64,000 nucleotides of DNA from Schizosaccharomyces osmophilus. Taxonomy: Eukaryota. The position numbers and the translations under genes were made by a program. The DNA lies in the NCBI RefSeq assembly GCF_027921745.1, contig NC_079238.1:3100001-3164000 (forward strand), in the 5' to 3' direction. The notes under the pieces are model-generated. The model saw nothing but the letters and a program-made list of their open reading frames with translations. It ran no database searches and was not told the origin of the DNA. Shown in pieces: positions 1 through 12,958 of this stretch (position 1 is the first letter of the stretch; the number at the start of each line of letters is the position of its first letter).

Positions 1-1960
1 GAGCCTTACCACCAGGAACAAAAGGATATACATGCTCCTTTTTAGCAACCAACACTTCCATAAGAACAGGTCCTTTGGTTTCTAAAAATTGTTTCATGTT
101 CGAAGCAAGATCCTCCTTCTTTTCGACACGCAAGGCCTTAAGTCCCATAGATTCAGCCAGTTTAGTAAAATTAGGATTCTTCTGATGAGTATGGGAATAA
201 CGTTTTTCGTAGAAAAGATTTTGCCATTGGGTGACCATACCTTGTTCTTCGTTATTGAGTAGTAAAACCTTAATAGGAATGTCATGCTGACGGGCAGTAG
301 CAAGTTCCATACCAGTCATAGAGAAAGAAGCATCACCATCGATATCGATAACAATTTCATTAGGGTTAGCGACGCTAGCTCCAATAGCGGCAGGCAAGCC
401 ATAACCCATTGTACCAAGGCCACCTGAAGTAACTAAAGAACGAGGCTTGGACCAGCGATAAAAGGTAGCAGCCCACATCTGATGAGCACCAACACCTGTG
501 GTAATGGTTACATTGTCCTTAATATTGACAGTTTGTTTGTCAAGTTCTTGAATAACCTCTTGAGGCTTAGGTGATTCACCGGGAGCGCTAGGGGTAAAGG
601 TAAATGGGAAACGTTGCTTCCATGCTTGAATTTGAGACAACCATTCTACACGAGAATCGAGGTTGATATCGGGCATGGCCGCGTTAAGCAACTTGAGAGA
701 CTCAAAGAGATCACCTTCTATAGCTTCGGTAGGTTGAACAACTTTCCCGATGTTCTTAGGAGAGATATCAAAGTGAATGATACCACCACGTTCTTCAGCA
801 CCAGCGCGCTTAGCTTCGGGTGCAAAAAGAGCAACGTTACCGGTTACACGGTCATCAAAACGAGCACCAAGAGCAATGATCATATCAGCTTCTTGCATGG
901 CCATGTTAGCATAGCCACTTCCATGCATACCAAGCATATGCAAGCTAAGGTCGCTACGTTCGTCGTAAGCACCCAAACCGAGCAAAGAAGTAGTGACTGG
1001 AATTTGAAAACGTTCGCTAAATTCACGGAGCAATTTGGGGGATTCGGAGTTATAACTAGCGCCTTGTCCACAAAATATTACGGGCTTTTTAGCACGCTGT
1101 AACAACGTAGAGACGCGTTGAATCTTAGCTTCCACATTTTTGTTACCAAATTCCAAAACTTCTCTCATCCTACGGTTCAATGAGGGAACAGAAGATGTGA
1201 CAGGGATGGGTTCTCTCAAAACACCAGCAGTAACATCCTTTGGCAAATCAACCAAAACGGGACCAGGACGACCGGACATAGCAATTTCAAATGCTTCATC
1301 TATCCGACGAGGAAGATCAGCGATGTCCTTTACCATAACATTCCATTTAGTACAAGAACGAGAAATACCGATCATGTCTGCTTCTTGGAAAGCATCACTG
1401 CCAATGGAAGAAGTAGCTACTTGACCGCTGAAAACAACCAATGGAGTACCATCCATCAAAGCATCTGCCATAGGCGTAACTACGTTTGTGGCACCAGGTC
1501 CCGAAGTAACCAAAACGACACCAGGTAATCTTGTAACACGAGAATACGCCTGAGCCGCATGACCAGCACCTTGCTCGTGTCTTGGTAAAATAAATTCAAA
1601 GTAAGGAGAGCGGTAAATGGCGTCAAATACGGGTAAAATAGCACCTCCCGGATACCCAAAAACATGCTTCACATTATTCTTTAGCATCATATCGTGAAAA
1701 ATTTCACCACCAGTCTTTCCAACATAGGAGCTATCGTATTTTATACCACTGGCTGTAGCTGTAGCTGTAGCGGTAGAGCTTGCACGGGCATTTTCACCAA
1801 GGTTTGTGTTGTGCTTAGAAGGAACAGTTTTTATACCCCTCCTCAATAACTTTGTATTGTATAATCCATTAGAAATTCCGTTAAAGCAAAGTATTTCACG
1901 TCTACAAACTGAAATTGCCGCCTTTGCTCTCAAATTTCTCAAGGGAGCTAAAGCAGTCAT
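1..1960 (-). CDS. ilv1: Acetolactate synthase catalytic subunit (3' end runs off the window)
   Basis: Manual minus-strand translation from ATG at 1960 (MTALAPLRNL...) gives the AHAS motifs VFGYPGGAILPV, RHEQGAGHA, VTSGPGATN, TSGGLGTMGYGLP and DIDGDASF. No stop was found in the parts translated, and the frame appears to run off the window, which would explain its absence from the ORF track. Confidence 0.97.
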   Translation of the reverse strand, partial: MTALAPLRNLRAKAAISVCRREILCFNGISNGLYNTKLLRRGIKTVPSKHNTNLGENARASSTATATATASGIKYDSSYVGKTGGEIFHDMMLKNNVKHVFGYPGGAILPVFDAIYRSPYFEFILPRHEQGAGHAAQAYSRVTRLPGVVLVTSGPGATNVVTPMADALMDGTPLVVFSGQVATSSIGSDAFQEADMIGISRSCTKWNVMVKDIADLPRRIDEAFEIAMSGRPGPVLVDLPKDVTAGVLREPIPVTSSVPSLNRRMREVLEFGNKNVEAKIQRVSTLLQRAKKPVIFCGQGASYNSESPKLLREFSERFQIPVTTSLLGLGAYDERSDLSLHMLGMHGSGYANMAMQEADMIIALGARFDDRVTGNVALFAPEAKRAGAEERGGIIHFDISPKNIGKVVQPTEAIEGDLFESLKLLNAAMPDINLDSRVEWLSQIQAWKQRFPFTFTPSAPGESPKPQEVIQELDKQTVNIKDNVTITTGVGAHQMWAATFYRWSKPRSLVTSGGLGTMGYGLPAAIGASVANPNEIVIDIDGDASFSMTGMELATARQHDIPIKVLLLNNEEQGMVTQWQNLFYEKRYSHTHQKNPNFTKLAESMGLKALRVEKKEDLASNMKQFLETKGPVLMEVLVAKKEHVYPFVPGGKA

Positions 1961-2426
1961 TTCATACACTCAGCAGCCCCTTCCTTTTTTTAAAAAATAA
2001 ACCTCTTTGTTTTAAAAGAAACAAGCAGAAAATAAAAAAGACTTTTTATCGCTAGTGAAGGGTTTGTGCTTAGGTTAAGTTACAAACCCGATTTTCACCA
2101 CCACCATCGTTCTTATACTGTAGTGTCAAGATTATGGAATTGATATGATGAACTGTTAATGATACCTTAAATTGATCATTGAAACAGTACTAATCTTTTT
2201 TTTATTATTTTTTCAAATATTGATGACATATATTTAATGCTCGCGGCGATAAATTGTACGCGTGAAGAGAACTCAAAATCACCCTTAAAATAAGTTTGCT
2301 TGGAGGAACAAACCTGATCGCAATTAGCGTTTATTCTTTAATCTTTGTTATGTCAACTATAATACACATTATTTTTAGAAACCGCTCATTGAAAAGGATT
2401 GTTTCTGGCTCGATACGTGATAAAGA

Positions 2427-5400
2427 ATGTTTAGTATTGGCAATAAACCAAACTTCAATGGGAGAAAGCCTATTTCGTTGAACAGGTGCCATAGGGAATT
2501 GAAGAACGGTTTGAAATCCGTCACTTACCCTCTTTTATTAACTTCAACGGATTTGTACCGCGTGTTTCAACTATCTCCACCTGAAGAGCAACATGAAAAA
2601 GCCAACTTGGATTTTTGTGATGGTTATATTGACCCTTACTTACGTCGATTTATTATAGTTGATATTAAGAATTGGACGCTCCGCATCTCAAATGATCATT
2701 ACTGTACAAAAAATGTCATTTTTTACGATATCAAAAGAAATTTGAGCGAATTAATCAGTCTTGATAGTGACTGTGAACTTTTAACCGTGCTTGTCAGATT
2801 CGTGAAAACAAGCTTCACATTTGCTGATCCTGGTTTTGTTCTTCTTTTCCCTTTAACTGGTGATATGTTCTACTGGGAAGATATAAACTGTCTTCGATTA
2901 GTACATGAACTGAATCATATTAAAGGATTTCTGCATGTTAAAGTACCTCTTTTTTGTAAGGAAATATGTACCAGTCTTACCATGATACAGCCTGCTGGTT
3001 TTATTGTTAGTACCACAGCAGGTAGGTTCTTTAACATTTATCCAAGAAATGACATGCAAAAGTTAGGGTTAGCGTATCGAACGCTGCCACTGGCAGGGTC
3101 TCTATTCAATATTCAATCTAGTATTTCAAATGTGGTTTCTTGTTCATATCACATCGTAGCCATTCGGGCTGGCTCCATAAATGGCAAATACGAAAGACTT
3201 GTTTACGGTTTATTTTCAAATGCTGATATAAACATTTGGGAAGTATCCCGGAAGGGAAATTATCAATTGCTTCAAAAGAAAAACATCCGAAATATTATAA
3301 TTCAAAGATTTCGCTATGATGGATGTATTGTAAACCGCTTTGAATTCCTCGATTTGTCTATCTGTAAGTCTGACCCTTATTCAATGGTTTGCCTTATTGC
3401 ATGGTATGACAATGCTTCCACAAGGAGTTATGCAGTTACATCTGTTTCTTTCAATAATGAGATGATACCAGAAATATCGGGTTTTCACAAAATCCGTTCC
3501 TATTTTTCTTCGGCTGATTTAGTCTCTGCTCGTATTTTCTGTCCTGCTCCTTGTACTGTTATCTATTGTGTTTTTGATTCGTTATTGGTTATTATTTGCA
3601 ACGTTAAGGGAAGAAAAAATCCCCAGTTTGTAGAAGAAGCCTTGTTTATCAATAATTCGTGTAAAAAGTTTCAGGTCATGAATATTGCTTCCATGGATGC
3701 TGTTCTCGAGGATACAAATAATCGGATGCTCAAATTCCCCGCCCTTGTTTTATTAACAAAGGGTAACGGTGTCATATTGATTGAATCTACCAACTGTTTC
3801 GGCAGTGAGTTTAATGATCTTAGTTTCTTAAGAAACCGTCTTTCGCAATTTGCATCACAGAACTCCTTATTTAAGGTAAAGAAATACTAATTCTTTCTAT
3901 TAACAAAACTTTAGAACCAATTTTCCCTATGGTCTGGGTTTTCATCAGTTTTACCGGAAAACAGGTTGTTCCCGATACTTCTTATCTTGTGTGATGAAGT
4001 TGCAAAGTGTAAGTGTGTTATTAAAAATATTTATTCTCACTAACTTTCAAAGCATATCCTACCTCTCATACTTCGGTTAGTGAAGTTCTGAATTACCAGT
4101 TTCATAAACTTATGGAAACAATTCTAGTTTCCATGAAACACCTAAAACTAACAGCTAGGGAGCAACTTCAACTCTGGCTTAAACTTGCTTACGTTAACTC
4201 ACTGGTCGACATTTATGGTCAGTTAATATGTGAAGAGCGAAAGAGCAACATTCTTTATTCTATCCTTCAAGCTATGATAAATACTGGGGATATAGATGAT
4301 CTCTTTCTGAACAAGTCCTTGAATCTTAAACTTTTACTGTATTTATTGCATACGTTTTACAAGCGACACGTTAATACGAAAGATACCTTTAATTTGAAGC
4401 TTCTGCGAATCGTGATAATGGTGAATAATGTTTTTGGTGTAAGTGCATCCACTTTTTAGGTCAATTCCAGATGTATGTTTACTAACTTGGAGAAGTTGGT
4501 ATTTGGAAATGAATTGGCGTACCGCCAAGAAAAAGTCATTAAAAATGTGGATCCTACAACCACTTTCTTACCTGAATTATGGAATATTGACATTGATGAC
4601 CTAAAACTACTTTCATCTCAAATTGAAGAATCGATTGCTTTAGACCAGAAAAAGGATTTACTCGATTTTAAGAATGCTCGAAACAAGAAACTGAGACTGA
4701 AACTAGAAAAACAAATTCTACATTTGATAGAGCATAGTTGTTTTCTTATACATAATTTGACAAATTGTCTTACGAAACTGAATTCAGCGCCAGCAGTAGA
4801 GGCGGAACAGTACAGCTTATTCGAAGTACATATTCGAAGCAAAAGGAGAAAATGGCTGAAATATTTAGGTAAGATTATATTATCTTTGAAAATGATCCAC
4901 TTACAACTGAAATATAGCTCGAATAGGATACTTGGAACGTGCAATCAGAATATCTGAACATGTGCGAGATTTTCGTTCATTGATTGATTTGCTTAATTCG
5001 AAAAACTTTGAGAATTCGAAAGATATAGTTGATAGACAAAAACACTATCTTGAAATTTACAAAGATGAATTTGCTACCGTTCTATTTACTCATTTGATTG
5101 AAACTGGTCAAACACGCGGTCTGCTGCATGATTTTAGAAGCTATCACATTTATTTAAGAAAATTCTTTGAAAAGAATAAACTATATAACTTCTTATGGGT
5201 ATATGAAGCTGAATTGGGGAATTTCGCACATGCGTCTGACATACTATTACGTGGCGATGTGATACAAAAATCGAAAATAAGTCAGCAAACTATATTTTTC
5301 GCTTTGTCAAAATTGTTCACATTAACGATCGAAAAAGGTCATGATAACAATCTTGTGAAACAGAAAATGAAAGAGATTTATTCAAATCATAGGATTGCTT

Positions 5401-6059
5401 CCATTCAGCATGAGTATGCGAAGTTACTCGATTCTACAATAGATATCGCAGAAGATGAACAGGAAGCAATTTCACTTTTACTTGAGGCGAATTGCATTGC
5501 ATTACATGAAGCCTCGATGCGTTATAGGATAGCCTCTAATCTTCTCACTCGCCTGCTGCTGAAGGAACATTCTCCAGTTGTGGAGACGATTGACTTTTTT
5601 ACTTCATTTTCTATTGAAAATAACTATTTTGAATATGGTTTGGCATGCGAAATACTAGAAAATTCTGCATTTTCTACTCATCAGTTTGTCTTCCTGTATT
5701 TATTGCTAACGCAGAGGTTTCTTTTACAACTGAATTGGAATGAAACGTTAAGAGCATTAACGGAGCGGAACATGGATTATTTGCTCTCTTTTAAAACTGT
5801 TTTTCAGAAGTTGGAATCAAAAGACTTCATTCTCGACCTGTATGATTCAATTCATCTCTTCCCAAATATTATTTGTCTTGACATACTAACATCCTTATAC
5901 TCCACGGTGTGCGAATCCCAGCTAAAAAGCTACAAACACGAGCTTTTAGCAGAACATCGTAGATGCCAGAAGCTCTATGAAGAAAGAAATCTCTCTTTAG
6001 TGCTGCCTCAATTATCAAAATTGTTTAAAGAAGAACAGAGCTCCAATGCAGACAAATAA
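2427..6059 (+). CDS. nup131: Nup133-family nucleoporin, 5 exons (introns ~3876-3914, 4009-4052, 4439-4495, 4869-4917)
   Basis: ORFs 2427, 4112, 4475 and 4932 join in frame through canonical introns. The N-terminal half looks like a beta-propeller, the C-terminal half is helical with a Nup133-like segment (ISEHVRDFRSLIDL...YKDEFATVLFTHLIETGQ). Position between ilv1 and cki2 fits nup131. Confidence 0.85.
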
Positions 6060-6729
6060 ACTGAGTGCATATAAGCTTGTATATCATTTATATTCTATTC
6101 TACGATTAATCTAACGATGACTTGAACCTTTGACGAAACCCTTGATGATTAAATTTTGTAATCAATAATATATAATTAATTATAAACTTGTATATGCTAT
6201 TAGTCTAGTATAAAAAGTCTGTTGCTTCTCAAATGAAATGAATGGTTATGATAGATTCAGTCAAAAAAAAAGAACACTCGGATTGTAAAGGAGAAAAATA
6301 AAAAAATATAGAACAATTAAAAGTAAAAATCTAACAAACAGAAGAGGAATTCATATTTGAGAGCCCCACCCTTACATTGGTAGTGACCCGAAACTCGATG
6401 AGCCTCTGCAAATTCAATAACTACCAACACATCAAAGAAATCCAAAAAGAGGTGAAAATTAGAAGTCTATTTAATTGGGAAGAGAAATTCTGAATTTCGA
6501 ATAGGCAGGTACAAACCATAAAGGCTTATCAAGTATTTTTTTGTGAGTAGCATTTACCTACGATTGGGGTGGTCTGCGCGGTGAATGCCGTAGACAAGAT
6601 TAAAAATTTTGCATTGAAGAGGTGAGCCTCTGGCTTAATCTAGGATTAAGTAACAGACAGAGTGGTCCTCAGAACGTTTCAATTGTTTTAAAAGACGAAT
6701 CTTCCGGTATTAGAACGAGCGAACAAAAG

Positions 6730-8120
6730 ATGAATACGCAAACAAGTGTGGTTGGCGTTCATTACCGAGTGGGACGTAAAATCGGTGAAGGATCTTTTGG
6801 TGTGATTTTCGACGGAATGAACTTGCTGAACAATCAGCTTGTTGCTATAAAGTTTGAGCCAAAGAAATCGGAAGCTCCTCAACTTCGGGATGAATATAGA
6901 ACCTACAAGCTGCTAGTCGGAAGTGGTAAGTACATTGTCAAAACAATAACTGGGTTTATTTATTTATGTACCCGAGGAAGTGACTAACTAATGAAATAAC
7001 AGTTGGGATTCCAAGCGTTTATTACTTCGGCCAAGAAGGATTGCATAATATTTTAGTAATTGATCTTTTGGGGCCTAGTTTAGAGGATCTATTTGAATGG
7101 TGTGGCTGTAAATTTAGCGTTAAAACCGTCGCTATGATTGCCAAACAAATGCTGGCTCGTGTGCATACAATCCACAAAAAGAACCTGGTGTATAGAGATA
7201 TTAAGCCAGATAATTTTCTCATCGGTCGACCTTGTACTCGGAATACAAATCTTGTGTATGTTGTCGATTTTGGAATGGCAAAATATTATCGGGATCCCAA
7301 AACGAAACAACATATTCCTTACAGTGAAAGAAAAAGTTTGTCTGGAACGGCTCGTTACATGAGTATCAACACACATCTTGGTCGTGAGCAATCACGAAGA
7401 GATGACTTGGAATCCTTAGGACATGTTTTTATGTATTTTCTTCGTGGAAGCCTTCCTTGGCAAGGATTGAAAGCTGCTAACAATAAGCATAAATACGAAA
7501 AGATCAGCGAAAAGAAGCAAGCCACTTCGTTAAATGAGCTGTGCACTGGCTTTCCCAGTGAGTTTAATAAATATATGACCTATGTTCGCTCTTTGCAATT
7601 TGATGAAGACCCGGATTATGATTACTTACAGGAACTATTTGACGATGCTATTCGAAGTAATGGAGAAACGAATGACGGAGTTTATGATTGGATGTTACTA
7701 AATAATGGCAAAGGCTGGGAGTCTGCATCATCTCATTTTTCTGTCTTGGCAATGAAACGAAGGAAAAATTACTTGGGATTAAACGTTGTGCAGAATGATG
7801 ATAACAGGCCGAAGCAAAGTAACGTTCAGTCTCAAAACACACGATTGAACTCGGCGTATAAGAATGGACCCCAAAAAAATTATAACTCATTTGAATCATG
7901 CTCAAGGAATCAGCAAATTATATGTACCAGACGGGAGCAGTCTGCTTCTAAAAATACCATTTATCCACAGTCATCCGCCCGAGGGTACGGTCGGGTCCAG
8001 CCAATGTATGCTTCTCGATTGGCGGATCGTCAGGAAGATGCTAATTTTGCTGGTGTCAATCAAATTCAGGAACAAAGACCAACAAGTTTTTGGGATATTT
8101 TTTGCTGCCATTGCTTTTGA
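6730..8120 (+). CDS. cki2: Casein kinase I, Cki2 type; intron 6926-7002
   Basis: [48 protein letters not shown], and a C-terminal CCHCF palmitoylation-type tail. Intron GTAAGT..CTAAC..CAG keeps frame. Confidence 0.95.
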
Positions 8121-8790
8121 TGGCCATCTAATTTGTTACCAAAACTACTCAGTTTTCTGCAGTTCCTTCTTGTAACGGTCGTGCACAAATGTCCTCAATC
8201 CGTAATCACAAAAACGGCATTTTTGCTTGAGTAAACTTGGGATTTTGCATTGCCGAACAATTCTTCAATAATTTTTAGGATGTCAATGGCGAAGATAAGG
8301 CTTCTATTCAAGAAAAAGGAGAATTCCGTTTTACGCTAACGCGAACTGATAATAGATGTACTTTATTTCAATGGATTGGCTTATGAGGGCAAACATTCAT
8401 TTGTGGGAGAAAGTTACGTATTAACTATGAATGAAATTTATTGTATATATACACATGCCTCTCCTTCGCAGGTAACTTTGTTGTAAACTTCACAATAGTC
8501 AAAGGAAAAGCTTTACTTACAAATTATTAAAAGACAAATGTTCGCTGTAAACTTAAATTTCGCTGCTGGGATGAGTGCATGAAACTGCTGGTACAACTCG
8601 GCTCATACACATTGTTTAACTTTAAATTATGCAATTCTAATATACAGTAGATAATATTGTAAGCAGCGTAAAGGATTTCCTCTCAAGATAGAGTACAGGT
8701 TTGTGAAATCGATGGTGAACACCATACATCTAATATAATTTGCGGTTCACAAGTAAACAGTTGAAAAGACCGAACATATAGAATGAAGAG

Positions 8791-9794
8791 ATGTTGTCGA
8801 TGATAGCACTTTTGCAGCAAATAAAAGAAGATGAATCACAGTTATTAGATCTATATAGAGTGTATGTTTGTGTCGCTAGACAGTTGATGTTGATTACAAA
8901 AGACTACCTTGGTTTTGCTTTCCATTGCTACATTTGGCTAACGTTCTGTATTCCAGATTTTTTAGAGGAAAGCAAATAAAATGGCAAGAACTAAAGGTTG
9001 ATAAAAGTGAACTTGACTCATACATGATGAAAATCGGATATAATAAGAGGTACGTATCCATATCCTACTCAGTACGAATCAAAGCGTCAAGAGCAATTAG
9101 AATACAGCAGTATAACTAACCTGGTTTCTAGAAATCTAATTTTAATCTCATATGCGCATCATCTTCAAGAATTGCTTCGTATGCCGAGGTTGGATACCCA
9201 TCAACTTGTAAAATGCATCCGACAAGCGACAGCAGAATGCAAGCGATCGTACATTATAGACATGCAAGAAGCTTCTTTTCGTTATAAGAATGTGTCTTCA
9301 TTGAAGTTCATGTTCAACAATATGTGGAAACCATTCCTGAATGAATCAACAAACAAGGATTTATCTTTGCTTCCTATAGTAAGTAGCCCAAAGAGCAATT
9401 TCAGTACATTAAAAGGAAATACATAAGCACTGTATTTTATCTATACTGAAAGGAAATATGTTGAATTCATTTTTCTGTATTGTTTTGTCGACCCATTAAT
9501 TCTGACCTATGACTTTAGTCTTTTGAGCTCAGCTTCTCCTCGGTGTTTGGGGCATTTCTCTTTAGTGTGAAGGAAATATATTCAATGTTCTATCGAACCT
9601 TTGAAGAAATGAAGGAAAGCAAAAAGCCACCTTCTGCCACAATTTTTTTCGGGTTTTTTTCTAAAGATCCAGAATTCAGCTCGCTTCGAAATCATTATGA
9701 AAGGTTTAACTCAAAAATATGTAAATTACTTCAAATGATACTTGAAGAAGTGTCAATTTGTCTGGAATTAGGTAGGATACAGAGGAAACTCTAG
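8791..9794 (+). CDS. Uncharacterised lineage-specific protein, ~246 aa, 4 exons (8791-8861, 8903-9049, 9132-9378, 9519-9794); positional equivalent of S. pombe SPBP35G2.04c
   Basis: Four short ORFs are joined in frame by introns starting GTATGT, GTACGT and GTAAGT and ending AAG or TAG. No recognisable domain. Confidence 0.75.
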
Positions 9795-9987
9795 AATAAT
9801 GAAAACGACCATAAAGCCTTTATTTGTTTAACTCTTTTTTTGTTTTTTTTTTCTTTTGTTTCTTAATGAATGAAGTTTTCATCCGTAATTTGTGTTTTCT
9901 GAAGGAATGTATCTTGTTGCGTAATTCCATGTTTGTTTACATATCAAAGGTTTCAAGTTTCTCCTTCCCATACCACAACAAACAAAA

Positions 9988-11034
9988 ATGAATAAGTCTA
10001 TTCCTATACAATGTACAAAAGAGGAGGATATTCTATTTATAGAGTCATTAAAAAAGCGGTTCCTGAAGCAAAACCGTGAAATTATCAGGTAAGAATGTGA
10101 AATCAAAATCAACGCTTCTACCAGGTTCTTGAGTCTAATTATCAGAGTAAATACACAATTGTCAGCTAAATTGAGCGAATCTGAAATAGAAATGGAAAAA
10201 CTATTGCGAGACAACTGTCAATTGAAGAACAGTCTCATTAAACTGGAATCACGGGTCCAAATATACAGTCAGTCAGAAAGCCTTTATCGTCAATATTTTC
10301 AAGATTTTCAAAGGATCCGGAACAAGCTTTCAGAAGTCCATCACCTTATGATTGAAATGGATGAAAAAATACTTCCGCCAAGTACGGCTATAGAATCGTC
10401 GACGAATACCTCATCTACTTTAAACGACGGAGTTGACGAAAGGAAAGGACAGAATGTTCAGAGGAATAGATACCCACCACTAATCAAAGATTTCTCGGTT
10501 CCAGATCTGGAAAATCCACACGGAATGAACTTGCCAGGACGCAAGAGCAAATTTCCACCATTACCTAAATTACCAAGTAAATGCATTCTTGCTGATAAAA
10601 CCAATACATGCGCATCAAACTCAAAAACCACGCTAAAGGAAATGAAACCACCAAATCATGACATTGAAAACAAGAAAAATAGTAAAGAGAAAGAGAAGGA
10701 CTTCTCACAAAATGAAACAAAATTCCCTTTGGGAAAAGAGGTAATGAAAGAACAAGTGAATTCAAAACCTTCAAATGTTCGTGTTTGTATTCCTTCTAAA
10801 GCTTTTGATAATGTCACTGACTTTGAAGGTAAAAATGATTACGAAGCAGACAATCGGGATTGGGATATGGAGTCTACTGGTACAGTGACGACGACAAGAG
10901 GAGGACGAGAGAGACGGGCAGTAAAATCTGTGAATTATGCTATACCAGATTTACGGATGAAGCTGAGAAGAAGCTTTGAATTACCAAAGGACAAGAAACG
11001 AAGGCGGCAATGTCGAATGCATACAAAAAACTAA
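9988..11034 (+). CDS. sgo1: Meiotic shugoshin; intron 10089-10145
   Basis: N-terminal coiled coil ESLKKRFLKQNREIIR|VNTQLS, a VCIP HP1-binding motif, and a C-terminal SGO motif RRAVKSVNYAIPDLRMKLRR. Confidence 0.95.
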
Positions 11035-11320
11035 AACAAAATTCAAATGAAAACCAAGAAAGAGATGGTACGGGATGAGGAGAAGGAGCTGAAACGAGAA
11101 TTGCTTGTCAGGAAAGTTATTTAAGGATAGAAAGAAGAAGAACCATCTAAATTTGAACTATAGAAAAGATTATGGAATTTATCAAGTCGTATGTAAATAA
11201 TAATAACGATTTATTTTCTTGTTATTGCTTGAAAGAGAATTCGTGATGAGGAAACAAGACGAGCAGAAAAGGCGGGAAACATACTTGTACAATGGTAAGA
11301 ATGGTATAAGAGGAGGGAAA

Positions 11321-12001
11321 TTAGGAAATAGAGCGATAGACTTCTTCTTGGTTCACCTGAGGATGGTCGGCAGGGTTGGGAGCAGACTATTCAAAGTTAG
11401 AAATATACGATACTAGTAAAAAAAATAAAAATAAAAAACATACTTCATAAATTGTGATGATGGGGTTTCCTTTGAAAGGGACAAAAGAGCCTCGAAGACC
11501 GATGTAGGCGATTTGAATAGGATCATCTGAACCGTCATTTCTGGAGAAGAAGAGATTTAGATTGCGCAGATTTTGGTAGAGGCGAGTTTTGACGGGGAAT
11601 TCAAAGATTTGATTACCGGAAAAAGAAAGGGGAAACTCAAATGATTCGGTGGACTTTGCGTCTTGGAGAGCACCGAAATCCAAATTGGAGTGATTGGGAT
11701 ACAAAGAGACGGAATGGGGAGCGGAGGAATCGGGAAAAATGCGTACGAGCAAAGAACGGAGGGTTGCAGAACCGGTAAAGGGGATGTGAAACAAAAGTTG
11801 ATCGTCGACGTCGCTTTCGACAATGAGAGAGTCATCGAAGCGCTGGTCCCAAGGTTTGAATATTTGTTTACCTGTATCCTGTTGGGCCTCGTTTAAAACG
11901 ACGATGGCATCTTTATCAATGCAAGTGTAGAGGGTGTCGTTGGGGCCGGATTCAAAAGGATGGTCATCACAATCTGCTGAGCAGTGATGGCGACCAGACA
12001 T
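11321..12001 (-). CDS. txc1: PITH (DUF1000) domain proteasome co-factor; intron 11387-11443
   Basis: Real start is MSGRHHCSADCDDH at 12001. PITH motifs ESDVDDQLLFHIPFTG and IAYIGLRGSF are present; last exon SAPNPADHPQ...*. The upstream part of the track ORF is translated microsatellite. Confidence 0.88.
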
Positions 12002-12083
12002 AGTGCAAAAGTATATCGGGAAAAAATTATCAAAGGGAGAAAAGGAACGAGTGAAATGAAGATGAAAACCAAAAATAAAAAGT

Positions 12084-12430
12084 AAAAAAAAAAAAAAAAC
12101 AAAACAAAACAAAACAAAAGACAAGCAGAATGTAGACCGATGGAAAGAGGAAAAATCCGACTTTGCAGTGTGGTGGATTTGTGGGTATGCTCGTACTAGT
12201 ACCAGGGTAGGTAGACAGTAGTGGAAGGGTATTCTTAGTATGAGAGGAGAGAGACAGAGAGAGAGAGAGAGTGTGTGTGTGTGTGAGTGAGTGAGTAATA
12301 GGTGCAAGAGCACAAAAGAAAAAGAAAAAAAAAAAAAAAGAACGAGAATAGGAGAAAAAAAAAAAAAACAAAAAAAGGTTGCCAAAAGTTGGGGCCAAAC
12401 AAAAAAATGAATAAATAAATAAATAAAAAG
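12084..12430. repeat. Low-complexity tract: poly(A), (AAAAC)n, (GA)n(GT)n, (AAAT)n
   Basis: Directly visible, e.g. GAGAGAGAGAGAGTGTGTGTGTGTGT at ~12257-12285 and several A runs of 13 or more. Confidence 0.95.
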
Positions 12431-12665
12431 AAAACAACAAATTTGTAAATCTTATACAAATGCAAGGATATAATCTTCTGAGGAATGATCGTCTGAATGG
12501 ATGCAGATCATATTGTTTTTTGTTGATTGCGATTCAATGTGACGCAGGATGCACAAGAGGATGGTTCATATGATTCTCCCAAAGGAAAGAGCAAAACAAA
12601 ACAAAACAAAACAAAGCAAAGCAAAGAAAAAGCAGTACGTTGAGTATTGTTTTATACAAAAAAGA

Positions 12666-12772
12666 AGTCATAGTCATAGTCAAAGCGGTAGCGGTAGCGG
12701 TAGCAGTAGCAGTAGCAGTAGCAGTAGCAGTAGCAGTAGCAGTAGCAGTAGCAGTAGCAGTAGCAGTAGCAT
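12666..12772. repeat. Compound hexamer microsatellite (AGTCAT)n(AGCGGT)3(AGCAGT)~11
   Basis: Directly visible tandem hexamers. They produce the spurious poly-S, poly-L, AT and CY ORFs in the track. Confidence 0.95.
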
Positions 12773-12958
12773 AGCAGCAAGGACGAACAAAGAAAGGCAA
12801 AAGGGTAAACAATGAAAAAGAGGAGAAAGATAGAGTACGAGAGGGGAAAAGAATACAAAACAGAGAAGCCAAAGTTGGGTGTGGAGAAGGTTGCAAAAGT
12901 GGAAAAGAGGAAACGAAAAAGAGAGATCGATTGAACAATATGTGAGGGGAAAAGAAAT

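Noticed and set aside
614..1424. Antisense ORFs over ilv1 (likewise over nop56, cct6, agn2 and others)
   Set aside because: Shadow ORFs produced by codon bias in strongly expressed genes.
6622..6729. In-frame GTG-initiated N-terminal extension of cki2
   Set aside because: The ortholog-like start is ATG 6730, and 36 open codons can arise by chance.
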